Shown in pieces: positions 53,177 to 61,623 of a stretch of 64,000 bases of DNA. Each line of letters begins with the position of its first letter. The first letter of the stretch is position 1. Origin of the DNA: Candidatus Latescibacterota bacterium. Lineage in GTDB: Bacteria; Latescibacterota; UBA2968; SICM01. Where the stretch lies: positions 5,056,001 to 5,120,000 of the forward strand of contig CBDCJO010000002.1 in assembly GCA_965217865.1 (NCBI GenBank). Reading direction: 5' to 3'. The notes beneath the pieces were generated by a model that was not told where the DNA came from, did no database searches, and saw nothing but the letters and a program-made list of their open reading frames with translations. A program made the position numbers and the translations under genes.

Positions 53177-53602
53177 ATGGATAAGCCCCTCAAGGAACTC
53201 GAAAAGGTCGCCATCTTCTTCCTTGCGATCGGCCCCGAAAGAGCCGAGGTTCTTCTTAAACGGCTGGGGACCGATGCCATGATGCAGATCGCAGCGACGA
53301 TGAAGCGGCTTAGCCCTGTCTCCTCGAGTGAGAAACAGGCTGTTTTACGTGAGATGCTGGATATTATGGTGGGCGGACAGGGGGGGCACCCACCTGGAAA
53401 TCAAAGGGATTTCCCGGAGCCGGGGGAGACAAAATCAATCGATCCAGAAGACCAGCTCTTGGGAAGGGTGTCCGACCTCTTCCAAAAGGATGTCGATGTG
53501 AGGAATCTGAACTGGGAAGAAGCCGGGTATGATTTCAGCTCTTCTTCGCCTGAGTCCTCCGAGGACGATGATGAAGATCTTTCCTCGCAAGATCGCAGAT
53601 GA
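53177..53602 (+). CDS. Stand-alone FliG N-terminal-like domain protein with acidic tail
   Basis: EKVAIFFLAIGPERA..LLK.L......IA..M..L..VS......VL.E resembles FliG_N. Confidence 0.65.
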   Translation: MDKPLKELEKVAIFFLAIGPERAEVLLKRLGTDAMMQIAATMKRLSPVSSSEKQAVLREMLDIMVGGQGGHPPGNQRDFPEPGETKSIDPEDQLLGRVSDLFQKDVDVRNLNWEEAGYDFSSSSPESSEDDDEDLSSQDRR

Positions 53603-54948
53603 ACACCCCGGACCTGTTCAATTTGCCATCACACCGGACCCGGACGAATTCTCCCCTCGCGGACCGGATGCGGCCGAGAACCCTCGATGAGATCATCGGT
53701 CAGGAGGACCTGCTCGGGCCCGAAAAACCACTCAGGGTCATGATCGAAACCGACCAGGTACCGTCCATGATCTTGTGGGGCCCTCCGGGGAGTGGAAAGA
53801 CGACGCTCGCACGGGTGATTGCACGAATGACGGATTCCCGATTTGTCGCCTTTAGCGCCGTGACATCGGGGATCAAGGAGGTCCGGGAAGTCATTGCGCG
53901 TGCCAGCCAAGATCTACGATCGGATGGTCAAACCACCCTGTTCGTGGATGAAATCCACCGTTTCAATAAAGCCCAGCAGGATGCCTTCCTCCCCCACGTG
54001 GAGGACGGGACCGTGGTTCTGATCGGTGCCACGACGGAGAATCCATCTTTCGAAGTAAACGCTGCGCTGCTTTCTCGGACCCGCGTGTTCGTTTTGAAGG
54101 CTTTGACCGAGGCGGGCATTGAAATCCTGGTACGGCGGGTGCTGGAGGACCCGGAAAGAGGGTTCGGGGGAAGGGTGAGTCTTGGGAAGGATGTTCTCCG
54201 CCATCTTTCCCAAACCGCGGAGGGGGATGCCCGGAGGGCTTTGAACCATCTGGAGATGGCGATTGGTGCCACGAAGCCCGGTAAGGGAGAGGGGGTGGAG
54301 ATCACTCTTGAGACCCTGCAGGATGTGATGGGGCGGAAGGCCCTTCTCTATGACAAATCGGGGGAGGAACATTATAATCTGATTTCGGCCCTTCATAAAA
54401 GCCTGCGGGGGAGTGACCCCGACGCAGCCCTTTACTGGATGGCGAGGATGATTCAATCGGGGGAGGACCCCCTTTACCTTGGCCGGCGCATGGTGCGGTT
54501 TGCGTCGGAGGATATCGGAAATGCCGATCCCCGGGCTTTGTCGATTGCGTTGGCGGCAGTGGAAGCATACCGGTTTCTGGGGAGTCCGGAAGGCGAGCTT
54601 TCCCTGGCGCAGGCTGCGTGCTACCTGGCCACCGCGCCCAAGAGCAACTCCGTCTATATAGCCTATGGGTCCGCCGAGAACGATGTGGCCGCGCAACCGA
54701 ATCTTCCCGTTCCGCTCCACGTGCGAAATGCGCCAACCCGCCTTATGAAAGATCTGGGTTATGGCGCCGGTTATCGGTATGCTCACGACGATCCCGAAGG
54801 TTTTATTCCGCAGGACTACCTCCCCGAAGTTTTGAAGGGGCGCCGTTACTACAAACCAACGGATCGAGGATACGAGGAACGCATTCGAGATATGATGGCC
54901 CATTGGGAGCGTTTGAAGAATTTTTCCGTCCAAAAGGATAAGACCTGA
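53599..54948 (+). CDS. rarA: Replication-associated recombination protein A
   Basis: PLADRMRP, WGPPGSGKTT, DEIHRFNKAQQD, ATTENPSF, ISALHKS.RGSD, SEDIG.ADP. Confidence 0.97.
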   Translation: MNTPDLFNLPSHRTRTNSPLADRMRPRTLDEIIGQEDLLGPEKPLRVMIETDQVPSMILWGPPGSGKTTLARVIARMTDSRFVAFSAVTSGIKEVREVIARASQDLRSDGQTTLFVDEIHRFNKAQQDAFLPHVEDGTVVLIGATTENPSFEVNAALLSRTRVFVLKALTEAGIEILVRRVLEDPERGFGGRVSLGKDVLRHLSQTAEGDARRALNHLEMAIGATKPGKGEGVEITLETLQDVMGRKALLYDKSGEEHYNLISALHKSLRGSDPDAALYWMARMIQSGEDPLYLGRRMVRFASEDIGNADPRALSIALAAVEAYRFLGSPEGELSLAQAACYLATAPKSNSVYIAYGSAENDVAAQPNLPVPLHVRNAPTRLMKDLGYGAGYRYAHDDPEGFIPQDYLPEVLKGRRYYKPTDRGYEERIRDMMAHWERLKNFSVQKDKT

Positions 54949-54951
54949 CCG

Positions 54952-55842
54952 GTGAGGGTATCCCCCTACTTTGTCCTTTCCCTAGGGGTCCTCGCCGCCT
55001 CGTCCGCCGCAACGATCATCCGTCTTTGCGATGCGCCGTGGCTGGTGATTGCCGCGTACCGGCTGCTGTTTGCGACCGGGATCCTTTTGCCGTTCACCCT
55101 GGTCCGGGCAAAGGCCGAGATTCGACACTGGCGCCTCCGTGACGGGCTTGCTATAACGGCTTCGGGTATTTGTCTCGCCCTCCATTTTGCCCTCTGGATC
55201 AGTTCCCTGAAGTACACGTCGGTGGCGAGTTCGGTCCTGCTCGTTTCTACAACACCCCTTTTCGTCGGGTTGGGCGCGTGGATCTTTTTGCGGGAACCGG
55301 TCACGCTCTGGACCGCCGGCGGGATCGCGGTAGCATTCTTCGGATCCGCGATCATTGCCGTTAGTGATCTTTACACCGGAAGCACCTCCCTCCACGGCGA
55401 TCTTCTCGCCTTAGGCGGGGCGTTGGCGATGGCCTGCCATCTTCTGATCGGTCGCAGGCTAAGACAGCGGATTTCAAATCTTCCGTACGTAACTTTCGTC
55501 AATGGGATTGCCGCTCTTGTTTTGATCGCGGGATCCCTTGTGGCTGATGCGGCCTTGGGGGGATATTCCCCCCGGACCTATATTCTCCTGCTATTGCTTG
55601 CCCTGTTTCCCCAAATCGTGGGGCACAGTTCATTTAATTGGGCCCTTCGAAGAATTTCGCCTTCCTTTATCTCCATCGTCCTGCTTGGAGAACCGATATT
55701 AGCTTCTCTGGCGGCCTATCTCGTCCTTGCCGAAGTCCCTCCCGCGTGGGCCTGGGTGGGCGGTCCTGTCGTGTTGGCGGGCATCGTGCTGGCGGCTCAC
55801 GGAGAGGACGGACGGCGGATGTCGGATGACGAAAACAATTAA
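54952..55842 (+). CDS. DMT/EamA-family transporter
   Basis: About 10 hydrophobic segments, ALHF..WI.SL.YTSVA, GEP. Confidence 0.9.
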   Translation: MRVSPYFVLSLGVLAASSAATIIRLCDAPWLVIAAYRLLFATGILLPFTLVRAKAEIRHWRLRDGLAITASGICLALHFALWISSLKYTSVASSVLLVSTTPLFVGLGAWIFLREPVTLWTAGGIAVAFFGSAIIAVSDLYTGSTSLHGDLLALGGALAMACHLLIGRRLRQRISNLPYVTFVNGIAALVLIAGSLVADAALGGYSPRTYILLLLLALFPQIVGHSSFNWALRRISPSFISIVLLGEPILASLAAYLVLAEVPPAWAWVGGPVVLAGIVLAAHGEDGRRMSDDENN

Positions 55843-55873
55843 TATTCACCTGAAAAATGAGTAGAATTATCAG

Positions 55874-55902
55874 TTGACAATCCAATTATTTTATGTTAAA
55901 AT
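55874..55902 (+). promoter_or_regulatory. sigma70-like promoter upstream of FAH gene
   Basis: TTGACA-17 bp-TAAAAT with TG extension. Confidence 0.65.
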
Positions 55903-55997
55903 GGTCCCCTTGTTTCCCGGGTTTCGTCAAGGATGGAGAAAAACGTTGTCCACTCCCAGGTACGGCCTCGTCGTGATCTCGTGCGAATGATAATCTT

Positions 55998-56900
55998 GTG
56001 AAAGTCGTCACCTTTGAATATGAGGGCGCCCAAAAATTCGGGGCGTTGGACCAAAAGGGGATCGTCGATATGACATCCCTTTTTGGTTCATCCCTCCGTT
56101 TTTTGGAGCTCGGTCCTCTGGGTGTTGAAGCGGCGAAAGGCCTCGTGAAATTCGCGACGGAAAGAGGCGAAGGGATTTTCCGCCCGGAAGACGTTCGTCT
56201 GAATGCCCCGATCCCCCAACCGCGAAAGGTCCTGTGCCTGGCCGGCAACTACGCGGAACACATCCGAGAGGGGGGTGAGGAGGCCCCGGAAAAATTGACC
56301 TCAACCCCCCGGGTTTTTATGAAACCACCCTCCACTACAGTGATCGGACCAGAGGATGCGATCGTCCTTCCACGGAATTCGAATAATATCGATTGGGAAT
56401 GTGAAATCGCCGCGGTGATCGGTCGAAAAGCCCGCTTTGTGTCCGCAGAAGAGGGCCTGGACTATGTGGCCGGCTATACCGTGATGAACGATGTCTCCGA
56501 GCGGAAACTCAAATTCGATACGAATCGGGTGCCCCGGGAAGGGGACAAGTGGTTCGACTGGTTGAACGGGAAATGGTTCGACACATTCGCTCCTCAAGGC
56601 CCGTGCATTGCGCTTAAGGATGAGATTCCCGACCCTCAAGGGCTCGGCATCCGGCTTCGTGTGAACGGCGAGACAAAACAGGATGCAAATACCGGTCAGA
56701 TGATCTTCTCGATCGCAGAACTCGTGGCGTGGGCGTCTACGCTGATCACCCTGGAACCTGGAGACCTAATTTCCACCGGCACGCCTTCCGGGGTCGGGTC
56801 TGCCTCGGGGACCTTTCTGAAGCCGGGTGATCTGCTCGAATCGGAAGTCGAGGGGATCGGAACGCTCCGGAACAGGGTGGAAGCCGAAAAGGTGAATTGA
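55998..56900 (+). CDS. Fumarylacetoacetate hydrolase family protein
   Basis: NY.EH, DWECE, NDVSER, GK.FDTF, GD.I.TGTP.GVG. Confidence 0.93.
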   Translation: MKVVTFEYEGAQKFGALDQKGIVDMTSLFGSSLRFLELGPLGVEAAKGLVKFATERGEGIFRPEDVRLNAPIPQPRKVLCLAGNYAEHIREGGEEAPEKLTSTPRVFMKPPSTTVIGPEDAIVLPRNSNNIDWECEIAAVIGRKARFVSAEEGLDYVAGYTVMNDVSERKLKFDTNRVPREGDKWFDWLNGKWFDTFAPQGPCIALKDEIPDPQGLGIRLRVNGETKQDANTGQMIFSIAELVAWASTLITLEPGDLISTGTPSGVGSASGTFLKPGDLLESEVEGIGTLRNRVEAEKVN

Positions 56901-56953
56901 CCTTCAGCAATCGAAACTCAAGCAGAGTAAGCCCTTTATTGAAAGGTTGAGAT

Positions 56954-57784
56954 TTGAACTGGTTCGACAAGATGAAAAAGGGGATCCGTACCAGGTTTTC
57001 CCGAAGCCTGGAGCAAGATCTCTGGATTCAGTGCCCTTCGTGTCAGCAGCCTCTCTACCGGCCACTCGTTGAGCGGAACCTGGATGTATGCCCGGAATGC
57101 GATCACCATTTCACATTGGGGGCGCGCCAGCGGTTGAAGCTATTGATCGACGATGGTACGTTTGAGGAGATGGACGCGGGAATGACTTCGAAAAATGCAC
57201 TCGGATTCCCGGAATACAGGCAAAAGATCGCAAGAGACCAGAAGAAGACAGGCAATGCATCGGCGATCGTCGGCGGGAAGGGAAAGTTGGGGGGGAGGGA
57301 AGTCATCATCGGGGTCACGGACGCCCGGTTTCTTATGGGGAGCATGGGTTCGGTTGTCGGGGAGAAGGTCAAGCGGCTGATTGCGCGGTCATTGAAAACG
57401 GGTTATCCTCTCATTCTCGTATCCGGGTCGGGGGGAGGGGCCAGAATGCACGAGGGCATCCTGTCGCTCATGCAGATGGTCAAAGTCTCGGCGATGTTGC
57501 GCCGATTGCATCAGGCGGGAGTCCCGTATCTCTCCGTCCTGACGAATCCCACGGGTGGGGGAGTGACTGCAAGTTTCGGTATGCTAGGCGACGTGAATCT
57601 ATCGGAACCCGGAGCTCGCATCATGTTTTCAGGAAGGCCTGCGATAGAGGGAATGCCCGGTCAGGTATTGCCGGATGATTTCCAGACCGCTGAATTCTGT
57701 CTGAATCACGGTCTGCTCGATATGATCGTTCACCGAAAAACAATGAAAAAAGAACTAGATGATCTGATCGGGTTGTTGAACTGA
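56954..57784 (+). CDS. accD: Acetyl-CoA carboxylase carboxyltransferase beta subunit
   Basis: W.QCP.C...VCP.C.HH zinc finger, GSMGSVVGEK, GGARM.EG..SLMQM, PT.GGV.ASF. Confidence 0.93.
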   Translation: MNWFDKMKKGIRTRFSRSLEQDLWIQCPSCQQPLYRPLVERNLDVCPECDHHFTLGARQRLKLLIDDGTFEEMDAGMTSKNALGFPEYRQKIARDQKKTGNASAIVGGKGKLGGREVIIGVTDARFLMGSMGSVVGEKVKRLIARSLKTGYPLILVSGSGGGARMHEGILSLMQMVKVSAMLRRLHQAGVPYLSVLTNPTGGGVTASFGMLGDVNLSEPGARIMFSGRPAIEGMPGQVLPDDFQTAEFCLNHGLLDMIVHRKTMKKELDDLIGLLN

Positions 57785-57875
57785 TCGAATCCTTATGGTT
57801 AACGGCGTCCGTTATCCGGTTCGAAAAACACCGATTTTTTTCCGTGTGATCTGAAAAGGCAAGAAAGGAGTGCAG

Positions 57876-58229
57876 ATGGCGGCCAGAAGGCGGATGGATG
57901 CGAAACGGGTTGCTCAAATGAAGCGATATGTGGGCCAAAATTGTACCCGGAATATCCGGCTCAAAGATATCAGTGCGCGATTTAGAATCAGCCCAGGGCA
58001 TGTCTGCCGAATCTTCAAAGAACAACTCGAGTTGTCGTTTACAAAGTGTCTGAATGCCTATCGGATTAAAGAGGCCAAAAGGCTGCTTAAGCAGACGAAA
58101 TGGCCGGCCTATGTGGTCGCCAAAAAGGTCGGTTTTCGAAATCGGGACTACTTCTTCAAGGTCTTCAAACGGGTGGAAGGGAGCACCCCGGAAAATTACC
58201 GCCAGGGGACGCGTGGAAAAAGCTCCTAA
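57876..58229 (+). CDS. AraC-family HTH-only regulator
   Basis: L.DIS....SP.H..R.FK, RI.EAK.LL, VGF....YF.KVFK..EG.TP..YR; no sensor domain. Confidence 0.85.
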   Translation: MAARRRMDAKRVAQMKRYVGQNCTRNIRLKDISARFRISPGHVCRIFKEQLELSFTKCLNAYRIKEAKRLLKQTKWPAYVVAKKVGFRNRDYFFKVFKRVEGSTPENYRQGTRGKSS

Positions 58230-58326
58230 GTGTTCTGCCGGGCAGAATTATTGGGTTTATATAGCCATATATACTTTTATTAAACAATATATTAAGGCTA
58301 TTTTTCGGTCCACTATAAGAAAGGCA

Positions 58327-58356
58327 TTGACATCTTAGGAAGGGTGGCCTTAATTT
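58327..58356 (+). promoter_or_regulatory. sigma70-like promoter upstream of the aminomutase gene
   Basis: TTGACA followed 17-18 bp later by TTAATT/TAATTT; AT-rich upstream region. Confidence 0.5.
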
Positions 58357-58572
58357 AAAATATGAGGTCGGTCAGACGGATATTCCCAGTGGAAAGTCCG
58401 CTGAAGGACCGGATATAAAAACATCCTGGTTGATTGAACAGAGGGCGGGCCCCGAATCCGGGACGCGCCGGTTGTTTTGGTGGGCTAGCGGAGGAGTATT
58501 CAGGCACCGCTGGCATTTTTATTTAGAAAATTATCATTTTTAGCCCTTGCATCACATCACGGGGAGGTGATT

Positions 58573-60024
58573 ATGATGCACACGAGTGCAGCAAAACGGG
58601 TTGGGGGTATAGACGGGGAAGGACTTGACTACGGAGGGGATCTCGCACGGATAGAAGCGGTTTGGGGGCAGAATGTGCCCCCATCCTATGGCCTCCAAGT
58701 TCCAGAATATCAACCCATTACCCTTCGAAATTATAAGAATATCCCTCAAATTCAAGTTCTCACCGAGGAAGAGCGGTTTGCCATCGAAGTGGTGGGTCAG
58801 GTCCTTCCATTTCGGACAAATAACTATGTGGTGGAGGAGTTGATCGACTGGAAGGACGGACCGAACGATCCATTTTTTAGGCTTACTTTTCCCCACAAGG
58901 AGATGCTCAAGCCAAGACACTTTGAAGAGATGTCCAGGTCCATCCGGAGGGGGGCAAGTCGGCAAGAAATCCGAGAAAAGGCCGATGAAATTCGATGGGA
59001 GCTGAACCCTCATCCGGCCGGACAAATGGAACACAATACGCCTTCGCTCGGGGATCAAAAGTTGACCGGAATGCAACATAAATACAGGGAGACGGTCCTC
59101 TTCTTTCCCACCCAGGGACAGACTTGCCATGCTTACTGCTCATTCTGTTTCCGATGGCCGCAGTTTGTCGGTATGGATGGTCTCAAATTCGCAATGCGTG
59201 AGGTTGAACTGTTGATTCGGTATGTCCGCCGGCATCCGGAGATCACGGATATTCTGATTACGGGGGGTGACCCTCTTATTATGAAGAGCCGACTCCTCGC
59301 ATCCTACATCGAACCTCTCCTCGCGGCGGAGATTCCGAACCTTCGAACCATCCGATTCGGGACAAAGACCCTCGGTTTCTGGCCCTATCGATATTTGACC
59401 GATCCTGACGCGAATGAGCTCTTAGGGCTTTTCCGGAAAATTGTCCAGGCCGGGAAGAACCTGGCGTTTATGTCTCACTTCAGCCACCCCCGGGAGTTAA
59501 TGACTGATGCCTCCCGGGAAGCGATCTTCCGTATTCAGGATACGGGTGCCCAGATCCGGACGCAATCGCCGATTCTGGGCAATATCAATGACCGGGCCGA
59601 ACTCTGGACCGAAATGTGGAAGGAGCAGGTAAATCTCGGTTGCATTCCATATTATATGTTCGTGGTTCGGGATACGGGGGCCCAACATTATTTCGGAATC
59701 CCATTGGAAAGGGCCTGGCGAATTTTCAGGAAGGCCTATCAGGGGGTGAGTGGACTGGGGAGGACGGTCCGTGGGCCGAGTATGTCTACCGATCCCGGAA
59801 AAGTCGAGATCCTGGGGGTCGATGAGATCGCAGGAGAAAAAGTTTTCGTGCTGCGTTTTTTGCAGGCTCGGGACCCCGATTGGACCATGCGCCCGTTTTT
59901 TGCCAAATATAATCCGACCGCCCTCTGGCTGAGCGATCTGGAGCCGGCCGTCGGCGATGGGGAATTTTTCTTCGAAAAGAACGGCGATCTACCTGAGCAC
60001 TGTTATTCTCAACTGAAAAACTAG
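58573..60024 (+). CDS. KamA-family radical SAM aminomutase (lysine 2,3-aminomutase-like)
   Basis: HKY.ETVL, CHAYCSFCFR (CX3CX2C), TGGDPL, HFSHP.EL, QSP..IND, PYY, GPSM. Confidence 0.88.
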   Translation: MMHTSAAKRVGGIDGEGLDYGGDLARIEAVWGQNVPPSYGLQVPEYQPITLRNYKNIPQIQVLTEEERFAIEVVGQVLPFRTNNYVVEELIDWKDGPNDPFFRLTFPHKEMLKPRHFEEMSRSIRRGASRQEIREKADEIRWELNPHPAGQMEHNTPSLGDQKLTGMQHKYRETVLFFPTQGQTCHAYCSFCFRWPQFVGMDGLKFAMREVELLIRYVRRHPEITDILITGGDPLIMKSRLLASYIEPLLAAEIPNLRTIRFGTKTLGFWPYRYLTDPDANELLGLFRKIVQAGKNLAFMSHFSHPRELMTDASREAIFRIQDTGAQIRTQSPILGNINDRAELWTEMWKEQVNLGCIPYYMFVVRDTGAQHYFGIPLERAWRIFRKAYQGVSGLGRTVRGPSMSTDPGKVEILGVDEIAGEKVFVLRFLQARDPDWTMRPFFAKYNPTALWLSDLEPAVGDGEFFFEKNGDLPEHCYSQLKN

Positions 60025-60155
60025 TAGGCCAATCGTGAGAACTGGTTTATAATGTGGGACACAGAGCGGTCTGTGTCCCTTTTTTTCAGCAATTTAGAGA
60101 CTTATAACAAAAATTCTTCGCGCACAAAGTCCAGATCGGACTTCTGTTTCCTTCG

Positions 60156-60206
60156 ACCTTCGACTACACAGGCTGTCGCGCTGCTTCGCTCAGGATGTAA
60201 CTTCGA
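60156..60206. repeat. Degenerate REP-like unit
   Basis: CCTTCGAC x2 ... CTTCGCTCAGGA...ACTTCG; same core as 13693-13730. Confidence 0.45.
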
Positions 60207-60315
60207 GAAGTCTGGTGGCTTCATTGAGCTTGGTTGGAACGATCAAAAGACCTAAGAATACAGTTAGACTTCCGCATAAATCCAGCAGATTGATGATTCC
60301 CCATTGGTGGAGGAG

Positions 60316-61614
60316 ATGAAATCCAATAACGAATTCGCGCCAGAGATCAATCTAAATTTGAATGTCCGAGGGCTTGCCCAGTCGGCAACGCTCGCGGTCA
60401 ACGAACGCAGCGCAATACTACAACATCAAGGCCGCCGAATCTTTAAACTGGGTTTGGGGCAGTCTCCCTTTCCCGTGCCGCAACCGGTCGTCGAAGCGCT
60501 AAGGCTGAATGCTTCTCAAAAAGATTATCTTCCTGTGAAAGGATTGCGGGAACTGAGGGGAGCGGTTGCGGATTATTTCAGGCGTTCCCAGGGACTTGAG
60601 TGCTCCCCCCAGGACGTGCTGATCGGTCCGGGATCCAAAGAGCTGATGTTTCTCTTGCAGCTGGTCTATTACGGAGACCTGGTCATCCCCACGCCCAGTT
60701 GGGTCACATACGCCCCTCAGGCCCACATCATCGGGCGCCACGTGAGTTGGCTGAAGACGTATATAGAGAACGAATGGCATATGACGCCGGATGAGTTGAA
60801 GCTGGTCTGCGAGAAGGATCCAAATCGCCCGCGGATCGTTGTCCTGAACTATCCTGCCAACCCGACCGGTAGGACGTACGATGTCGAGGAGCTGAAGGCC
60901 CTTGCGCAGGTCGCCCGGAAGTATCGGGTGGTACTGCTCTCGGACGAGATATACGGTGAGCTTCATCATGAAGGCCAGCACGTCTCCATCGCAAGGTTTT
61001 ATCCGGAAGGGACGATCGTGAGCAGCGGTTTGAGCAAGTGGTGCGGTGCGGGGGGGTGGCGACTCGGGACCTTTGTTTTTCCTCCTTCCCTCAGCTGGCT
61101 CCTCGATGCGATGGCGGCCGTCGCGAGTGAATCTTTTACGTCGACGTGTGCCCCCATCCAGTATGCCGCGGTCCGGGCTTTTCAGGGGGGCATCGAGATT
61201 GAAAATTATTTGTGGCAATCACGTCGCATCTTGAAGACCTTGGGGCATTATCTCACCTGGCGGCTGAGAGAGTGCGGAGCGCCCGTGCCGATAACCCAAG
61301 GCGCATTCTATCAGTTCCCCGACTTCAGCTGCTTCGCGGAAACGCTTCGTGCCAGGGGCATTACAACCAGCGAAGTTTTTTGCGAACGTCTCCTTGAAGA
61401 GACCGGCATAGCCGTCCTTCCGGGGAGTGTTTTCGGAAGGCCTTCAGAGGAGCTCACTGTTCGTATTTCGTACGTGGACTTCGACGGGTCCCGTGCCCTG
61501 GCCGCCGCGGAGCTGTGGCCATGGAACAGGGAACTGGACGATGAATTTCTGAAGGAATATTGCGGAAGTGTCCTCTCGGCGGTGGATCGGCTGCATGAGT
61601 GGCTCCACCAATAG
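60316..61614 (+). CDS. Class I/II PLP aminotransferase (aspartate aminotransferase-like)
   Basis: GL.ELR, NYP.NPTG, SDEIY, GLSK....GWRLG, PG..FG. Confidence 0.9.
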   Translation: MKSNNEFAPEINLNLNVRGLAQSATLAVNERSAILQHQGRRIFKLGLGQSPFPVPQPVVEALRLNASQKDYLPVKGLRELRGAVADYFRRSQGLECSPQDVLIGPGSKELMFLLQLVYYGDLVIPTPSWVTYAPQAHIIGRHVSWLKTYIENEWHMTPDELKLVCEKDPNRPRIVVLNYPANPTGRTYDVEELKALAQVARKYRVVLLSDEIYGELHHEGQHVSIARFYPEGTIVSSGLSKWCGAGGWRLGTFVFPPSLSWLLDAMAAVASESFTSTCAPIQYAAVRAFQGGIEIENYLWQSRRILKTLGHYLTWRLRECGAPVPITQGAFYQFPDFSCFAETLRARGITTSEVFCERLLEETGIAVLPGSVFGRPSEELTVRISYVDFDGSRALAAAELWPWNRELDDEFLKEYCGSVLSAVDRLHEWLHQ

Positions 61615-61623
61615 GTCGTCCGG

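Noticed and set aside
58362-58524. Canonical lysine or glycine riboswitch
   Set aside because: Only short fragments resemble the consensus (GAGG, CTGAAGGA, TCAGG); kept as an unclassified structured leader
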